24,000 nt of DNA. It comes from Aliivibrio kagoshimensis (lineage in GTDB: Bacteria; Pseudomonadota; Gammaproteobacteria; Enterobacterales; Vibrionaceae). The notes under the pieces are model-generated. The model saw nothing but the letters and a program-made list of their open reading frames with translations. It was not told the DNA's origin and did no database searches. The stretch lies in assembly GCF_050337105.1 (NCBI RefSeq), contig NZ_JAKJSQ010000048.1:4209-28208 (forward strand). The letters run 5' to 3'. The position numbers were made by a program, and so were the translations under genes. This document shows, in pieces, positions 21,760 to 24,000 of the stretch; positions within the stretch are counted from its first letter, which is position 1; each line of letters opens with the position of its first letter.

Positions 21760-22722
21760 ATGCTGAAAAAAAACATATTACAATTAGCGGCAGCACCAAC
21801 ACCAATGGCTGGTTTAGCGTTGGGGATTGCGAGTTTAGGCTGGTGTTGGGAGAATGCAGCTCAACTGCATGGGCTAGGGCAGATCATCGGGGCAGTAATT
21901 GCTTCCGCGATGCTGTTTATTTTGTTGCTTAAATTCGTCTGCTTTCCGAAAATATTATGGAATGACCTTGCGCATCCCGTAGTAGGGAGTGTGGCGCCAA
22001 CTTTTGCCATGGCGACTATGGTGGTCTCAAACGCCCTCACTCATTTTAATGCTGATCTGGGTAACGCATTGTGGCTATTTGCGGTCGTGCTGCATCTGCT
22101 GTTTTTGGTGGTATTTATCTATCACAGAGCGATGGATTTTCAACTCCATCATATGGTGCCAAGCTGGTTTGTTCCCCCGGTTGGATTGATTGTTGCTGAC
22201 GTCTCGTTTGCGGGCAGTGAAGCACTACGCCCATTGGCTGATGGGGTGCTTTTATTTGGTCTTGTCGCATACGCAGTGATGTTACCAGCGATGTTATACC
22301 GTTTGATCTTTAGCCATGAAGTACCAGATTCGGCGAAACCGACCATTGCTATTTTGGCCGCTCCTGCCAGTCTCTCTTTGGCAGGATACTTAACCGTGAC
22401 ATCATCACCGTCTCCTGTGATTGTGGCTCTACTGTTTGGCATCGCGGTGTCGATGACTCTGCTTATCTATTTTTCATTGATAAAGCTGGCGCAACTTCCC
22501 TTTAGTCCAGGGTATGCCGCTTTTACTTTCCCCGTGGTAATCAGTGCAACGGCTCTGTTTAAGTTTGCAGCCTGGATGGCATCGGTGGGGGTGGCAGATG
22601 AGTATGTGGGGCAAGTTACGATGATGGCAACGGTTGAATTAGTGATTGCGACGGTTGTGGTCACGTACGTTGCGATTCGTTACCTTGCTTTTTATCGCCC
22701 AGCTATTCGTTTATTTACCTAG
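21760..22722 (+). CDS. TDT-family (TehA/Mae1-type tellurite-resistance/dicarboxylate) transporter
   Basis: About 320 aa with roughly 10 TM helices. ...LAHPVVGSVAPTFAMATM... parallels the TehA segment VRHPVLSSFVSLFPATTM. The start is uncertain (ATG 21760 is preferred over 21715). It is divergent from the LysR gene. Confidence 0.75.
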   Translation: MLKKNILQLAAAPTPMAGLALGIASLGWCWENAAQLHGLGQIIGAVIASAMLFILLLKFVCFPKILWNDLAHPVVGSVAPTFAMATMVVSNALTHFNADLGNALWLFAVVLHLLFLVVFIYHRAMDFQLHHMVPSWFVPPVGLIVADVSFAGSEALRPLADGVLLFGLVAYAVMLPAMLYRLIFSHEVPDSAKPTIAILAAPASLSLAGYLTVTSSPSPVIVALLFGIAVSMTLLIYFSLIKLAQLPFSPGYAAFTFPVVISATALFKFAAWMASVGVADEYVGQVTMMATVELVIATVVVTYVAIRYLAFYRPAIRLFT

Positions 22723-22728
22723 CGAGCA

Positions 22729-22759
22729 ACAGATAGCGCTCTGGAGCAGCGCTATCTGT
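22729..22759. terminator. Strong hairpin between convergent TDT transporter and dppF genes
   Basis: ACAGATAGCGCT-ctggagc-AGCGCTATCTGT forms a perfect 12-bp stem with a 7-nt loop. Only weak T-tracts flank it on either strand. Confidence 0.55.
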
Positions 22760-22769
22760 AATTTCACGG

Positions 22770-23765
22770 TTAAGCCATAGTTTCCTGCTTGCCCTTTTCC
22801 AGTAGGTGACAGGCAATCAGGGTGTTGTCATCGTAGGTTTTCAATGTGGGTTTTTCTTGATGACACCGCTCAGTGACGTGGTGGCATCGAGTACTAAACG
22901 CACACCCTTTTGGGGGATCAAGTGGGCTAGGCAGCTCTCCAGTTAACTGAATACGCTGACTTCTGTGTTCACTGTTGATCCTTGGTGTCGCTGAGAGGAG
23001 TGCCTGAGTATAAGGGTGGCGTGGATTAGCAAATATGCTCTCTTTACTCCCTTTTTCAACGCATTGACCTAAATACATCACCATCACCTCATCGGCAATG
23101 TGCTCTACGACGGATAGATCATGTGAAATGAAGAGGTAGGAGAGCCCCAATTCATCTTGCAGATCCATCATGAGGTTGAGCACTTGAGCTTGCACGGAGA
23201 CATCCAACGCTGAAACAGGCTCATCGGCAATAACAATGTCCGGGTTTAACATCAAGCCGCGTGCAATGGCAATACGTTGTCTCTGGCCTCCAGAAAACAT
23301 ATGAGGGTAGCGGTCATACTGCTCTGGCTTCAAGCCTACTTTCGCCATCATTGAGAGTGCTAACTCTTTGCGTTGTGCAGCGCTCATTGAGCTATTGATT
23401 ACCAAAGGTTCTTCTAAGATTTGTCCCACTTTTTTTCTCGGGTTCAAAGAGCCGTATGGGTTCTGAAATACAATCTGAATCTTCTGGCGACGCAGTTGGT
23501 TGGATTCAGGATCGTTGGCCAGTAAATCTTGACCATTAAATGAGATCTCTCCCTCTGTCGGTGTCTCAATCAAAGTGATCAAGCGGCCAAGGGTGGATTT
23601 TCCACAGCCAGACTCACCAACGACCGCTAAGGTTTTACCTCGGGCTAAGGTAAATGAGACACCGTCTAACGCCTTAACCACGCTGGCAGGTTTAAACATC
23701 CCTTGCTTGATGCTGTAGTGTTTTTTTAGATTTACCGCTTCTAATATCGGTGGTTGCGCGCTCAT
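22770..23765 (-). CDS. dppF: Dipeptide ABC transporter ATP-binding protein DppF
   Basis: 331 aa from ATG 23765 ([17 protein letters not shown]...). It has Walker [10 protein letters not shown], the signature [14 protein letters not shown], Walker [12 protein letters not shown] and the C-terminal oligopeptide-type Cys cluster. It is near-collinear with E. coli DppF. Its ATG overlaps the dppD stop (ATGA). Confidence 0.9.
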   Translation of the reverse strand: MSAQPPILEAVNLKKHYSIKQGMFKPASVVKALDGVSFTLARGKTLAVVGESGCGKSTLGRLITLIETPTEGEISFNGQDLLANDPESNQLRRQKIQIVFQNPYGSLNPRKKVGQILEEPLVINSSMSAAQRKELALSMMAKVGLKPEQYDRYPHMFSGGQRQRIAIARGLMLNPDIVIADEPVSALDVSVQAQVLNLMMDLQDELGLSYLFISHDLSVVEHIADEVMVMYLGQCVEKGSKESIFANPRHPYTQALLSATPRINSEHRSQRIQLTGELPSPLDPPKGCAFSTRCHHVTERCHQEKPTLKTYDDNTLIACHLLEKGKQETMA

Positions 23766-24000
23766 AGTGTCGGGCTCCCTTGTTGGTCTAATGGGAAGTG
23801 ACATTTTACTTGTCGATTGATATCACCCTGCAGCAGTGGCTCTTCGCTTTTGCACTTGAGAGTGGTGTAGGGACATCTCGGGTTAAGTAGGCAACCTTGC
23901 GGTCTATCATACTTACCGGGAACCACACCTGATAACGAATCCAAACGGGCTTTACCTAGCGAGGACTCGGGCAGTGAGCGCAGCAGTGATTGAGTATACG
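23762..24000 (-). CDS. dppD: Dipeptide ABC transporter ATP-binding protein DppD (3' end only; truncated by the window edge)
   Basis: The frame is open to nt 24000 and reads ...[54 protein letters not shown]...[14 protein letters not shown]. This matches the E. coli DppD C-terminus (HPYTQALL...[23 protein letters not shown]...KCHYPLD). Confidence 0.85.
   Translation of the reverse strand, partial: YTQSLLRSLPESSLGKARLDSLSGVVPGKYDRPQGCLLNPRCPYTTLKCKSEEPLLQGDINRQVKCHFPLDQQGSPTL

Noticed and set aside
22149-22664. Antisense ORFs (97 aa and 65 aa) within the TDT transporter gene, plus the 66-aa sense-strand off-frame ORF at 21989-22189.
   Set aside because: They are shadow ORFs inside a membrane-protein gene. 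They have no RBS and no recognisable motifs, and the transporter frame explains the whole region.

Overview
This window is a near-fully coding chromosomal segment. It looks like a Vibrionaceae-type gammaproteobacterium; that is inferred from strong protein resemblance to E. coli orthologues, the 343-aa DapD form and a competence-type minor-pilin cluster, and no search was run. I support 23 CDSs. I saw no rRNA, tRNA, CRISPR array, transposase, integrase or phage gene.

Gene order:
1. A type IV pilus minor-pilin locus (3-3351). It has a divergent PilE-like pilin and a translationally coupled operon of fimT-like, PilW-like, a 415-aa PilX_N-type protein and PilV-like.
2. chrA with a divergent LysR regulator.
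3. A galactoside block: ebgR-ebgA-ebgC (minus strand), galT-galK-galM (plus strand) and a convergent galR. Three copies of a TGTAAACGTTTACA-type LacI-family operator occur here.
4. ygjH, a glutamine amidotransferase-like gene plus an aldehyde dehydrogenase, and dapD.
5. yebG and a divergent Tag-like HhH protein that share one LexA box.
6. An orphan secreted 143-aa protein, a YeiE-like LysR regulator and a TDT-family transporter.
7. dppF and the 3' end of dppD.

Several ORF-track starts are over-extended and are corrected in the feature list (ebgA, dapD, dppF, yebG, ygjH, both LysR genes, the TDT transporter and the Tag-like gene).

I do not see a convincing new multi-gene system such as a defence island or mobile element. 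Most of the window is ordinary core metabolism.

The items most worth a second look are:
- the PilY1-less pilin operon, with its uncharacterisable 415-aa member and a GRxR-bearing FimT;
- a perfect 27-bp palindrome in the ebgA leader;
- possible cross-talk between two LacI paralogues with near-identical recognition helices;
- the SOS box shared by yebG and an atypical Tag-like protein;
- the GATase/ALDH pair;
- the secreted cupredoxin-like orphan.
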